NCBI GenBank assembly: GCA_037442745.1
Contig: JBBIPP010000004.1
Coordinates: 1-64,000 of the forward strand
DNA: 64,000 nt
Origin: an archaeon
GTDB taxonomy: Archaea; SpSt-1190; DYHY01
Reading direction: 5' to 3'
Program-made: the position numbers and the translations under genes
The notes under the pieces: generated by a model
The model's input: the letters and a program-made list of their open reading frames with translations, nothing else
The model's database searches: none
What the model was told of the DNA's origin: nothing
Shown: positions 1-9,972 of the stretch, one piece after another
Numbering within the stretch: the first letter of the stretch is position 1
How the letters are laid out: each line of letters opens with the position of its first letter

Positions 1-13
1 GAAGGATTGCGAG

Positions 14-97
14 TGCAGGGAGAGGGATTTGAACCCACGAAGGCACTAAGCCACAAGGACCTGAACCTTGCTCCTTTGACCGCTCGGATATCCCTGC
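14..97 (-). tRNA. tRNA-Leu(CAG)
   Basis: Reverse complement folds as a cloverleaf: anticodon stem CAAGG/CCTTG with loop TTCAGGT, long variable arm, GGTTCAAATCC T-loop. Confidence 0.95.
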
Positions 98-130
98 GTT
101 TGTCGGGAGGTTGCGCGTTTTCTTAGGTTT

Positions 131-1291
131 TTAATCTTTCCAATTCCGGGCAACAGCCGATGCGACCGCCTTTGCAACCCTCTTGTCCAAGGCGTCCGGG
201 ATTATCTTCGTCCTTGTCGGGCTTTTCACAAGTGATGAGATTGCCTCGGCTGCCGAGAGCTTCATTTCAGTCGTTATTCTCGTTGCTCCTGAATCAAGAG
301 CTCCCCTGAAAATCCCGGGGAACGCTAGGACGTTGTTTATCTGGTTCGGATAATCGCTTCTTCCGGTTCCGACAACATAAGCTCCCCCTCTTTTCGCCTC
401 TTCAGGCATTATCTCAGGGACAGGGTTTGCCATTGCAAGGACAATTGCCTTTTTTGCCATCAGACGGATGTCTGAGGAATTGGCAATCCCCGGGGCAGAG
501 AGTCCGATGAAAACGTCCGCGTCCTTCATGGCGTCCTGAATTGTTCCCGTTGTCCTCCGCCACGTCATGTTCGCAATTTCCATTTTGTAGCTGTTCAAGT
601 CAGTTCTGTCTGACGAGACAATTCCTTTGCTGTCAAGAAGGACTAGTTCCCTCGGCTTTTCCGTGGATGCCAAAATGAGCTTTGCAACAGCGATTCCGGC
701 GGCTCCTGCCCCGCTTATTGCTATTTTGGACTCTTTCGCTTTCTTTCCGCACACCCTGAACGCGTTCTTGAGGGCAGCGAGGACAACAATTGCTGTTCCG
801 TGCTGGTCGTCGTGCATCACAGGAATCCCAATGTCTTGGAGCGCGTCTTCCACTTCAAAGCATTTTGGGGCGGATATGTCTTCCAGGTTTATCCCTCCGA
901 AAACAGGGGATATTCTCCTGACAGTCTCCACAATTTCCGAGGCGCCGGGAGTCCCTTCAAGGCAAATCGGGAAGGCGTTGACGCCTCCCAGTTCCTTGAA
1001 AAGCGCAGATTTTCCCTCCATCACGGGAATTGCGCCGAACGCCCCGATGTTCCCTAGACCAAGAACTGCCGAACCGTCGGACACGACCGCAACAGTGTTT
1101 TTCTTTATTGTGAATTCCTTCGCCCTCGCGGGGGAACTGGCAAGAATCCTCGACACTTGGGCAACCCCCGGAGTATAGACGAGAGAAAGAGTCCTTTTGT
1201 CCCCGATCTCCTCCTTGCTTGAGACCTCAAGTTTGCCCCCTAGCTTCTTGTGGAGAGCTAGGCTTTTTTTGTAAATCTCTTCTAGCGCCAT
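131..1291 (-). CDS. NAD(P)-dependent malic enzyme
   Basis: Motifs YTPGVA, DGSAVLGLGNIG, PVMEGK, INLEDI, HDDQHGTA, GAGAAG, TGRSDYPNQINN. Start taken at MALEE to avoid overlap with the upstream gene. Confidence 0.93.
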   Translation of the reverse strand: MALEEIYKKSLALHKKLGGKLEVSSKEEIGDKRTLSLVYTPGVAQVSRILASSPARAKEFTIKKNTVAVVSDGSAVLGLGNIGAFGAIPVMEGKSALFKELGGVNAFPICLEGTPGASEIVETVRRISPVFGGINLEDISAPKCFEVEDALQDIGIPVMHDDQHGTAIVVLAALKNAFRVCGKKAKESKIAISGAGAAGIAVAKLILASTEKPRELVLLDSKGIVSSDRTDLNSYKMEIANMTWRRTTGTIQDAMKDADVFIGLSAPGIANSSDIRLMAKKAIVLAMANPVPEIMPEEAKRGGAYVVGTGRSDYPNQINNVLAFPGIFRGALDSGATRITTEMKLSAAEAISSLVKSPTRTKIIPDALDKRVAKAVASAVARNWKD

Positions 1292-1295
1292 TGGA

Positions 1296-3689
1296 TCAGA
1301 CAATCTCATTTGCCAGCTGAACTGATGCGTCCTCTTCAACTGTCAGCTCAATCGGAATCTCGTCATTAGCATATTCCGGACGGTGTTTCTCCTCCGTGAC
1401 AATCTCCTCCGAGAACGCGAAAGTGTCTATTCCATCCAGGGAGAATAGCTTGTTCGATTTTATGAACTTTTCTGAGAGTGTGTAGAGGGTGTCACCAATA
1501 TAGAAGCTCCGGGTGACTGCTGAAGGCGATCTCCATGTGAAATAGCTGTTCTCAAAGCTCGAGTGCTCCACAGTTCCAGCAAGCCCGATTCCGGTCTCGT
1601 TGACCTTGAAGACATATGCCCCCGTCCAGATTCTGTACTTGTATCTCGGGTAATACGGGCTTCTTTCTCTGTTCGGAAGTATTTCCTTGTTTCCGGTATC
1701 CTCGATGTATTTTGTTTCGCTTATTGGTATTGAGAGAAGGCCGTCCTTTCTTTCTGAGAAAAGGAATGCCTTATGCTCATAGAGCGCCGTGCTGTCAGTC
1801 TCCTGCGTCCCGATTTCGAACTTGTCCACCTCTTTTGGGTTTGAGACATCTGAAACGTCAAAGAGGGAAATCTTCACGCCCAGTATCTCGTTTCGGTTCT
1901 CGTCAATTTCCTTCGTTTCCCTCCCTATTCCTATGAGATAATTGTTCCCATATGGATGGAGATATGTGCTGAATCCGGGTATTTTCAGTTCGCCCAAAAC
2001 CTTCGGAGAATCCGCCAAGTCAATTACGAACAGAGGGTCGGTCTGCCTGAAAGTGACCATATAGAGCCTGTCTCCGATGAACCTTGTCGAGTAAATCCTC
2101 TCTCCAGATGCAAGGTTCTCGAGTTTTCCTATTGTCGTCATTCCGGAATCAAGGACATAGACGTTGTTGAATTGGCGGGTCTCCCCTGATGAGGATGTCC
2201 AGCTCGAGAATGTTGTTGCAACACGGAGTTTCCCCCCGTGTTCATCGAGGGAGAACTGGTTCAAAAGGGTCCCCGGAACCTGCCCTTTCGCGGAATATTC
2301 TATCTTTCCGGTTTCCCCCGAAATAAGGATTTTGTGTATAATTGTCCCGTGGTTCTCAAGAGCCTTTTTCGTGTCATAGTCAGAGAGGGCGTCCTGTATT
2401 TTCCCGAATCTTTCCTCAACTGCGTCAGGAATTTCCTTTCCTTCCTCTTCGAGAGCCCGGATTCCTTTGAAATATCTCGAGAGTTCTTCTGATATTTTCG
2501 CCCATTCATCGTCTTCTGCCAGACCCTGTGAGGATATTGCACCTATTCGGGATTTCAAGTCCACGTCAAGAAGTGGCAAGACAACCTCGAAGAAGCGGGC
2601 TCGCTCGTATTCGTCGGCGCCGTAGCATCCTCCCATTCCCCAGAACCGCCATGAGCAAGGGCTCGCTTTCTGGTATGCGATATATATTGCGTTCTCAGAG
2701 ACAATCAGAGTGTTCGAATACCCGAGAAGGAAGCTCTTTGCCTCTACGAATTCCCCAGTCTCAATGTCGAACGACGAGACTGTTGAGAGCTGGTGCGACG
2801 ATTCAACGTTGTCAAAGTAGTATATTTCGGGAGAGATTCTCCCGGAACTCTTCGCGAAAATTACCGGAGGAAGTGGCTTTGAGTAGTAGTTCGGATGTTC
2901 GCTTGAGACGAGGAAAACTTTTTCCCCAATCATCCGTGACTGGTAATAGGACCCGCTGACCGAATAATTCGAAAGAAGGGCTGGATTTTCCCTAGAAGTA
3001 ATGTCATATATGGAAACTTTTGTGAGTTGCCTGTAATAGTCCTGGGGCATTATGTCATATTTCTGGAAGTAAAATCCCCTCTCATATCCGTCTGAGACGA
3101 CAAGAAGTCGGTTTCCTCTTACGAAAATCTCCCTCGGGCTTGAATGGTAATAGCCTGAAGGGGAGATTTCCGAAAAGTCGATTTCTGACACTTTTTCCAT
3201 CTGCCCGGCAGAAACCCGTATTATTGAGAGTATTCCGTTCGAGAGCGCGTATATGTAATTCCCGTCCGTCTTTACGAAATCTGCCTCGTCAACGCCTTCG
3301 TACTGGACATTTGTCCCTGAATAGTCCGAGGTGGAAGTGGTTGTAATTTGAGCTCCAGAGGGAGCCACTCCGCCGGTCTTGACAACTGCGTCCGAAAGCC
3401 CTCCGGCCATTTCAATACGAGTTCCTCCGAAAGAGGACTGCCTTTGCTGGGTTTGGGAAACCGAGAAGAATGCCCGGAACTCCTCAGGGGAAGAGAATTT
3501 CCGCATTTCTCCAGTCGATTCTCCGGAGAAAAACGAGCTAGCGTTGTATTGGGAATATCTTCCTGAGGTAGGGGAGATTATGCCCGAAAAGACGAACGCT
3601 CCGGAAACAACTCCAGCGGTAATAAGAATTGTCAGGGCAACTAGCCCAGCATTTCCCCTTCTGGCCATAATTGCCTTCCCGGGAGCCAC
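1296..3689 (-). CDS. Secreted/membrane-anchored beta-propeller domain protein (COG4880-like)
   Basis: N-terminal TM helix; motifs YSGTNVQYEGVDEADFVKTDG, LNQFSLDE, ERIYSTRF, VTFRQTDPLFVIDL, GELKIPGFSTYLHP. Confidence 0.88.
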   Translation of the reverse strand: MAPGKAIMARRGNAGLVALTILITAGVVSGAFVFSGIISPTSGRYSQYNASSFFSGESTGEMRKFSSPEEFRAFFSVSQTQQRQSSFGGTRIEMAGGLSDAVVKTGGVAPSGAQITTTSTSDYSGTNVQYEGVDEADFVKTDGNYIYALSNGILSIIRVSAGQMEKVSEIDFSEISPSGYYHSSPREIFVRGNRLLVVSDGYERGFYFQKYDIMPQDYYRQLTKVSIYDITSRENPALLSNYSVSGSYYQSRMIGEKVFLVSSEHPNYYSKPLPPVIFAKSSGRISPEIYYFDNVESSHQLSTVSSFDIETGEFVEAKSFLLGYSNTLIVSENAIYIAYQKASPCSWRFWGMGGCYGADEYERARFFEVVLPLLDVDLKSRIGAISSQGLAEDDEWAKISEELSRYFKGIRALEEEGKEIPDAVEERFGKIQDALSDYDTKKALENHGTIIHKILISGETGKIEYSAKGQVPGTLLNQFSLDEHGGKLRVATTFSSWTSSSGETRQFNNVYVLDSGMTTIGKLENLASGERIYSTRFIGDRLYMVTFRQTDPLFVIDLADSPKVLGELKIPGFSTYLHPYGNNYLIGIGRETKEIDENRNEILGVKISLFDVSDVSNPKEVDKFEIGTQETDSTALYEHKAFLFSERKDGLLSIPISETKYIEDTGNKEILPNRERSPYYPRYKYRIWTGAYVFKVNETGIGLAGTVEHSSFENSYFTWRSPSAVTRSFYIGDTLYTLSEKFIKSNKLFSLDGIDTFAFSEEIVTEEKHRPEYANDEIPIELTVEEDASVQLANEIV

Positions 3690-3696
3690 CCTTTAA

Positions 3697-4845
3697 TTGT
3701 TTTTTGCCGAAAAAGCAAAAATAGGAGTGTTGTCGGTTGATGCTCGTATTCCAATGGCAAAATCAAATGGGTTTTTGCACGTGAGCAAGATAAAACGCAA
3801 GGCGGACATATTTGTCAGGGCTCCTTCGGAAGGGGCAATCAAGCCAGCCGAGAAAGTTCCCCTGAAAATAGAGGTTTTCGAATATTGGGCGGACGGGTTT
3901 ACCGAGAAATCCTCTTCCTCTCTGTCGGAAATCGACCTCTCGAGGAAAAGGCCTGACAGCGTCGTATGGGTCAACATTGACGGCTCAATTGGATATGACT
4001 TGGCCGAGGAAATACGGGTCAAGTTCGGTCTCCACCCGATAATTGTCGACGACATTGTGAACCCTGTTCAGCGCCCCAAGTCAGAAGATTTCGACGAATA
4101 CGTCTACATTGTCATGAAAATGTTCTCTATTTCCGGTGCGGAAAACCCGGAAACCCTTTCCGAGCAGGTTGGAATAGTGCTCCAAAACAACCTTGTCCTC
4201 TCAATACAGGAAAAGCCGGGCGATGTCTTCGACTGGGTAAGGGACAGGATACGGACTGGCAAGGGAAAAACCCGGAAAAGCGGGGCAGACTATCTTCTCT
4301 ATCGTCTCCTTGACGCAGTTGTTGAGAACTATTTCCAGGTCCTAGAGAAGATTGGCGAGCGAATTGAGGACTTGGAGGAGGAGCTCGTGAACAATCCTAC
4401 TCCGGAGCTTCTGACAAAAGTCTACAAAATGAAGCAGGAAGTTCTCTTCATGAGAAAGTCAGTATGGCCCCTCAGAGAAGCCATACGAAAAGTCGAGACT
4501 GACGAATCTCCATTTATATCGGGCTATTCGAGGATATATCTAAGGGAAGTATATGACCACACAATACAGGTAATTGACACTGTCGAGACCTTCATTGAAA
4601 TGCTCTCGGAGATGCTCGACACCTATCTCTCGAGCATCTCGAACAAGACTAACGAGGTGATGAAAGTCCTGACAATAATTACGACAATTTTCATGCCTCT
4701 GACTTTTATTGTCGGCATATATGGGATGAATTTCCACCATATGCCCGAAATCTCCTGGAAATGGGGCTACCCGACAATCCTCGGGGTAATAGCGCTAATC
4801 TCATCCGGAATGGTTGTCTATTTTAGGCGGAAGGGCTGGCTCTGA
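3697..4845 (+). CDS. corA: Magnesium/cobalt transporter CorA
   Basis: GIYGMNF signature, MPEISW and two C-terminal TM helices; true start may be 3754 or 3781. Confidence 0.95.
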   Translation: MFFAEKAKIGVLSVDARIPMAKSNGFLHVSKIKRKADIFVRAPSEGAIKPAEKVPLKIEVFEYWADGFTEKSSSSLSEIDLSRKRPDSVVWVNIDGSIGYDLAEEIRVKFGLHPIIVDDIVNPVQRPKSEDFDEYVYIVMKMFSISGAENPETLSEQVGIVLQNNLVLSIQEKPGDVFDWVRDRIRTGKGKTRKSGADYLLYRLLDAVVENYFQVLEKIGERIEDLEEELVNNPTPELLTKVYKMKQEVLFMRKSVWPLREAIRKVETDESPFISGYSRIYLREVYDHTIQVIDTVETFIEMLSEMLDTYLSSISNKTNEVMKVLTIITTIFMPLTFIVGIYGMNFHHMPEISWKWGYPTILGVIALISSGMVVYFRRKGWL

Positions 4846-6096
4846 TTTTTCAGCAAGAAACATTTTCATTTTTGAGAGCGCTTCTTCGAATTCAGCATTC
4901 TCCCCTGCTATTTTCTCAAACGGGCAGGAATCCGTCCTCTCCGGGTCAAGTATTTTCTCCACAAGCTGGTTGAAACTGACTCCAATTCCCGCCCTTTCCA
5001 GGAAATCCTTTCCTTCCTTTGAAAGAGTCTCCGCATAAACCCGCTTGACATGCAGTTCCGAAAATATTCTCGCCGCTGCAAGGCCGACAATAGTGTCCCC
5101 GGCAGAAGCGCCTGCAAACGATTTTCCGGATTCGAGCGCCTCAATAAGGGGCGCGACTCCCCCCTTTTTGCTCTGGAAAATATCCTGTCCGCCTGAAAAG
5201 AAAGATACTTTGGCCTTTCCCAATGAAACAGCCTCCTTTGCAAGGCAGATATCATAAGTTGCGTCGAGTTTTTTCACTGCAAGCCTGAGGAGCCGTATGA
5301 AATCCTCTCCCCTTGTTCTCATTATTTCCTGAACTTCCTCGTCAGTTACCTTTTGCTCGCCCTTCTTCTGCGCGGAATTAGTCACAATGCAGACTGTTCC
5401 AAGGGGAAGCCCGACTTGCTTTGCGAGTTTCGCCTCAGTTCCAGCAGTCATGCTGACCATGTCATAACCGAGTTTTTCGAGATCTTCAACTTCCTTTGCA
5501 GTCTCGAATTCCGGTCCTCTCTTTATTGCATAACTTCCCCCGTCGTGTATTGGGAGGCCTAGTTCTTCTCCCGCCTCAATCAGGGCTTTTCTTATCAGAT
5601 TGTCGTATGCCGGGGAAATTCCATAATGGGTCGGGGAATATACCCAATTGTTCCTCCCAGTGAAGAATTCTCCGGTGTCGTCCGGGACAACAAAGTCCCC
5701 TACTGAATACTTTGGATTTATTCCCCCGACTGCGGAAGTTGTTATTACTGCGTTCGCCCCGAGCTCCTTTAGGGCGGCAATTGTTGCCTGATATTTTACC
5801 TCGTGCGCAAGCCTGAAATGCCCCCTTCCGTGCCGGGATATGAAAACTGCTTCAATTCCTTCGACTTTTCCTTCCTGAACAAGGGGAACAGAGAATTCGT
5901 CATCCTTTCTTCTTGCCTCTTCAGTCAGTCCTAGCCGGGAGAGCCAATGAAGAAGCCGTCCGAACCAGTTGTATTTCCCCATCTGCCTTTCTTCGAGAGT
6001 TTTTGCCCGGTAGTTTTTAGTTTCCGAAAATGAGTTTCCGTCGAAAAGTGGAAGGTTCCCGTATAACCCAGAGCCCCCGACAATCCCTATTTTCAT
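4801..6096 (-). CDS. MTAP/purine nucleoside phosphorylase fused to C-terminal DUF1893 (TM1506-like) domain
   Basis: N-terminal IGIVGGSG, SRHGRGH, SAVGGI, GPEFET, VSMT, TN; C-terminal GVAPL..DTIVGLAAA..VYAETLS..ILD....CPFE. Confidence 0.82.
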   Translation of the reverse strand: MKIGIVGGSGLYGNLPLFDGNSFSETKNYRAKTLEERQMGKYNWFGRLLHWLSRLGLTEEARRKDDEFSVPLVQEGKVEGIEAVFISRHGRGHFRLAHEVKYQATIAALKELGANAVITTSAVGGINPKYSVGDFVVPDDTGEFFTGRNNWVYSPTHYGISPAYDNLIRKALIEAGEELGLPIHDGGSYAIKRGPEFETAKEVEDLEKLGYDMVSMTAGTEAKLAKQVGLPLGTVCIVTNSAQKKGEQKVTDEEVQEIMRTRGEDFIRLLRLAVKKLDATYDICLAKEAVSLGKAKVSFFSGGQDIFQSKKGGVAPLIEALESGKSFAGASAGDTIVGLAAARIFSELHVKRVYAETLSKEGKDFLERAGIGVSFNQLVEKILDPERTDSCPFEKIAGENAEFEEALSKMKMFLAEKSEPALPPKIDNHSG

Positions 6097-6224
6097 TCAG
6101 CAAGCGAAACTTAAACACCTTATAAAAATTAATATTTCCGCAAAATACCCAGAATCCTACGCAGTATTCTGAATACAACGGAAAAGGATAAAAAGGCCTC
6201 CTCTCCCCGGAGAAATCCCGCGAA

Positions 6225-6656
6225 ATGGCTGAGAAAAACTATCTTAATTTCATAGAGAACCGCACATTCTCAGAGGACGGCTCAATTGTGATAAATTTCC
6301 GGAAAGAAGCCCCTCTTCCAAAGAGCCTGGCGGACGGAATCGTCTCCCGGGCCCTCCTTTCACTGAACTACGGGAACAATGCACGGACAGGTGATTTTGC
6401 CAGAAGGATTATTCCATTCCTCAAGGCGCGGGAAAAGTTCAAGTGCGAGACTGTGGAAATTCCTTCAGAGGGCGGGCTATCGAGCGTTGCCAAGTTCGTT
6501 GACCGAAAGAGCGGTCAGGAGGCAATTCTTGCCAAGTTCATACCTTCCGAGACTGACCCCGATTCCTCCACAAAGTTGGAAATAAGGGCAATGAACCTTT
6601 CCTATTCAAGGGATCTCTCGGCAGTCTATTCCGACGTTTTCGGGAAAGGAAATTGA
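6225..6656 (+). CDS. Hypothetical protein
   Basis: 143-aa ATG ORF filling the intergenic space with host-like codon use. Confidence 0.6.
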   Translation: MAEKNYLNFIENRTFSEDGSIVINFRKEAPLPKSLADGIVSRALLSLNYGNNARTGDFARRIIPFLKAREKFKCETVEIPSEGGLSSVAKFVDRKSGQEAILAKFIPSETDPDSSTKLEIRAMNLSYSRDLSAVYSDVFGKGN

Positions 6657-6769
6657 GTGGAAGAAAGAGCGTATTTGCAGGAAAAACAAACTTTTCCGGA
6701 TGCCGGCTCCTTTTTGCACCTGTCGCAGAGCTTTCCGGCTTTCCCTAGAAACTGCCCGAAAATTTCCAT

Positions 6770-7537
6770 TCATTTTTCAAGATAGTCTGAATATAGTTTT
6801 AGCTTGAAGCCAAGGGAAAGCTTTTCCCCTTCATTTAGAAGCCTTTCCCATTTCGCGGTTTTTGGTTCCATAGAATATTCGCATTTCTCCCAAAGATGCG
6901 GGATTTTTTGGATCCTTGCATAGATTAGTATCTCGCGTTTTTTGAACAGGCAAAATGGCCTGACTTTTTTTCCGAATCCTTCGAGGCCCTCGGCAACGGG
7001 AAATCTCTGCCCTAAAACGTCCGGATTGAAGTTAATTAGAGCCTCAAAGACAGATCCCTCCTCGTCGTCCAAGTGATTGCCTGTTGCGACAGGAATTTTC
7101 CTCTCCCTTGAAAGCCGGTTAAGGAAAAAGTTCCTTAGCTAGCTGCAGGTAGCGCAAGGGTTTTTGCCATTCCTTCCGACAATCTGCGGACCTGTCGCTA
7201 TTTCTTCAAGGGCAAGTCAGGCCCTATAAGATGCCTTTCTTGCATATTCAAGGGATTTACCGAAATAGCCACCTTTTCCGAGAACAACATGCACAGGAAT
7301 TTGCCGAAATCCAGCATTCTTCGATGCGAAAAGGAGGACTGCGCTGTCAACCCTTCCGGAAAACACGACAAGAACCTCGCCCTTTTTCGGGAACATCCGA
7401 AAGCGCCCGACTGCGTAAATCACCCTTCTTTTGAACAATTCCAGATAGTGGGCTATGCAGAGAATGTGCTTGTGCGCAGGAAGTGCAATTGTCCCTTTTC
7501 AATTTCCCTCAATTTTCAGGCAAATTGAGCAGGCCAC
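6770..7537 (-). pseudogene. ttuA: tRNA 2-thiolation protein TtuA/Ncs6-family pseudogene
   Basis: One continuous frame with CSIC, C..H, degenerate PP-loop SGRVDS, PCATC and ATGNHLDD, interrupted by in-frame stops at 7499-7501 (TGA), 7217-7219 (TGA) and 7139-7141 (TAG). Confidence 0.85.
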
Positions 7538-7593
7538 ATCTTAGTGGGCGGAAAAGTTAGGCTTAAAACACCTGCCCTTTTTCAGGTGTCGGA

Positions 7594-8280
7594 ATGGCTC
7601 TAGGAAAGATAGAGGATGACCTGATTTCTTCCGGGGATTCGAACGAGATTTTCAATTCAATTAGCCACGGGGCGGGAGCGGGTCTCTCAATTGCAGGAAT
7701 GGTTGTCTTGATTGTTCTCTCCTCTTTTCAGGGCGACCCTTGGAAAATAGTGTCCTTTTCGATTTACGGAGCAACCCTTTTCCTATCAATGCTTGCGAGC
7801 ACTCTTCTCCACACCTTCCTAGCTTTCGGAAAATACAAGAGGGCTTTAGGGATTCTTGACCATGCGGCAATATATCTCCTGATTGCTGGGACGTTCGCCC
7901 CAATCTGCCTAGTTGTTATCGGGGGTTCCCTTGGGATAGTTCTTTTGTCAATTGTATTCGGCGTGGCAATTGCCCTTCTTTCAATAAAATCGGCTCTCTT
8001 CTCAAAGCTCAACCGCAGGTATTCAATAATTTCCTACCTTTCCCTTGGCTGGGCAGGGGGGATTGTCGGTTTCTTGTCATATAAGGAGCTTGGCGCAGTT
8101 CCACTGCTATTCTTCCTGTTGGGGGGCCTGTTCTATACACTAGGGTCAATAATATTTTTCACGGGAAAGCCAAATCCATTCCCCCCGGTTTTCGGAAGCC
8201 ACGAGATTTGGCACGTCTCGGTCCTTGCGGGAAACTTTGTCTTCTATTTCTCAATGGTCTTTTTTGTCCTGCCCCTGTGA
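7594..8280 (+). CDS. Hemolysin III / PAQR family membrane protein
   Basis: NSISHG, STLLH, LDHAAIYLLIAGT, HEIWH motifs; about 7 TM helices. Confidence 0.92.
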   Translation: MALGKIEDDLISSGDSNEIFNSISHGAGAGLSIAGMVVLIVLSSFQGDPWKIVSFSIYGATLFLSMLASTLLHTFLAFGKYKRALGILDHAAIYLLIAGTFAPICLVVIGGSLGIVLLSIVFGVAIALLSIKSALFSKLNRRYSIISYLSLGWAGGIVGFLSYKELGAVPLLFFLLGGLFYTLGSIIFFTGKPNPFPPVFGSHEIWHVSVLAGNFVFYFSMVFFVLPL

Positions 8281-8674
8281 ACCAGAGTAAAAATATTTCT
8301 CAAAGGTGGGGGCATATGCACTCTCAATTTCGCCGATAACTTCCGCAAGCTTTCTCGGCTCAGAGCCAGTCTCAATGAAAAGAATTTCCGGGACTCCTCC
8401 ATTAACAGGGAAGTTTCCATAGGGCGTCTCGAGTTCTTGTGCTTTTTTCCTGTTTTCGGAGACTTGCCAGCAGTTCTCACTGGATACGAAATCAATAACC
8501 TCGCCGGGTCGGAAACCTTTGGAACTGACAGATTGACTGAGATTGAGCAATTTCCGAATAGTCCGGCTTTCCCTTTTCCGAGAGAATTCCTTGGTAAAAT
8601 GGCCTAGGCATCCAAGATATTTTCCCTCAACTTAGGAACCCTTTTTCAAGGGTAAAATATCTGGTTAAAGACAT
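8251..8674 (-). pseudogene. Hypothetical protein, probably frameshifted
   Basis: ATG at 8674 directly after the glyA stop; one extra base near 8630 separates it from the 8251..8550 frame (424 nt = 3n+1). Confidence 0.4.
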
Positions 8675-8677
8675 TTT

Positions 8678-9958
8678 TCAAAGATCTGGATAGAGAGGGA
8701 ATTTCCTAGCAAGTTTTCTCACACGCTCCCTCTGCGCTCTTGCTTTGGAAGGATTTTTTCCAATTTCAGAAATTATTTCCCCGATTTCCCTCATTTCTCC
8801 CTCCTCCATACCCCTTGTTGTGAGTGCGGGAGTTCCAAGACGGACTCCACTAGTAACATAAGGAGGCCGGGGGTCTCCCGGAACTGTGTTCTTGTTTGCG
8901 GTAATACCAGAAACTTCCAATGCGTTCTCAAAATCCTTTCCTGAGAACTCCATTTTCCGCAGGTCAATTAGAATCAGGTGGTTGTCAGTCCCACCAGTCA
9001 CAAGATCTAGGCCTCCGTCAACAAGCGTTCCCGCAAGAGCCTTGGAATTCCTGACAATCTGCCTCGCATATTTTTTGAAGGAAGGCTTCAATGCCTCTCC
9101 GAGAGCGACCGCAATCCCGGCAGTGGTGTTGTTATGTGGCCCTCCCTGGAGGCCGGGGAAAACTGCCCTGTCAATTAGGGTAGGAATATTCTCCTTTGTC
9201 TTTTCCTTTTGGGGCTTTAGGGGTTCTGAAGGGTTTCCGTTGCAAAGAATTATTGCTCCCCTCGGTCCCCGAAGCGTTTTGTGGCTGGTAGTTGTTATCA
9301 CGTCCGCATGCCCGGCAGGGGAATTTATTAGTTTCGCCGCAACAAGCCCAGCCTCGTGGGAAATGTCCGCAACATAATAGGCCCCAACAGAGCGAGCAAT
9401 TTCCCCGACTCTGGCATAGTCCCAAATCCGCGGATATGCCGTTGATCCCGAAAAAATAATTTTCGGCCGGATTTCCATTGCAACCTTTTCCAAGCTGTCG
9501 TAGTTAATTAGCCCGTCTTCCCCGACTGAATAGGAATTTGCAGAGTAGAATTTGGCGGAGAAATTGACTTTCCAGCCGTGCGTAAGGTGACCTCCCGAAA
9601 AAAGGTGGAGGCCGAGGATTTTGTCTCCGGGTTCTGCCAGGGCGAAATATGCAGCCATGTTCGCCGGGCTTCCCGAATAACCTTGGACATTTGCATGGCT
9701 TGTCCCAAAGAGCCTCTTTGCCCTCTCAATTGCGAGTCTCTCTATCCTGTCAACGAATTTCGCCCCTCCATAATACCTCTTTCCAGGATAGCCCTCAGAA
9801 TACTTGTTCATTACAACGGACCCGCACGCCCGCATAACCGCAAGGCTCGGATAATTCTCGGAAGGAATCATTTCAAGACCTTCCCTTTGCCTTTTCAGTT
9901 CCCCGTCAATTGCCGAAAACACATTTCCATCGGAGTTTTTCCCCTGCTTTTTTTTCAT
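8678..9958 (-). CDS. glyA: Serine hydroxymethyltransferase
   Basis: IPSENY, NKYSEGYPGKRYYGG, GGHLTHG, TTSHKTLRGPRG, SGVRLGTPA. Confidence 0.97.
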   Translation of the reverse strand: MKKKQGKNSDGNVFSAIDGELKRQREGLEMIPSENYPSLAVMRACGSVVMNKYSEGYPGKRYYGGAKFVDRIERLAIERAKRLFGTSHANVQGYSGSPANMAAYFALAEPGDKILGLHLFSGGHLTHGWKVNFSAKFYSANSYSVGEDGLINYDSLEKVAMEIRPKIIFSGSTAYPRIWDYARVGEIARSVGAYYVADISHEAGLVAAKLINSPAGHADVITTTSHKTLRGPRGAIILCNGNPSEPLKPQKEKTKENIPTLIDRAVFPGLQGGPHNNTTAGIAVALGEALKPSFKKYARQIVRNSKALAGTLVDGGLDLVTGGTDNHLILIDLRKMEFSGKDFENALEVSGITANKNTVPGDPRPPYVTSGVRLGTPALTTRGMEEGEMREIGEIISEIGKNPSKARAQRERVRKLARKFPLYPDL

Positions 9959-9972
9959 GAAGCAAGCTCCCC

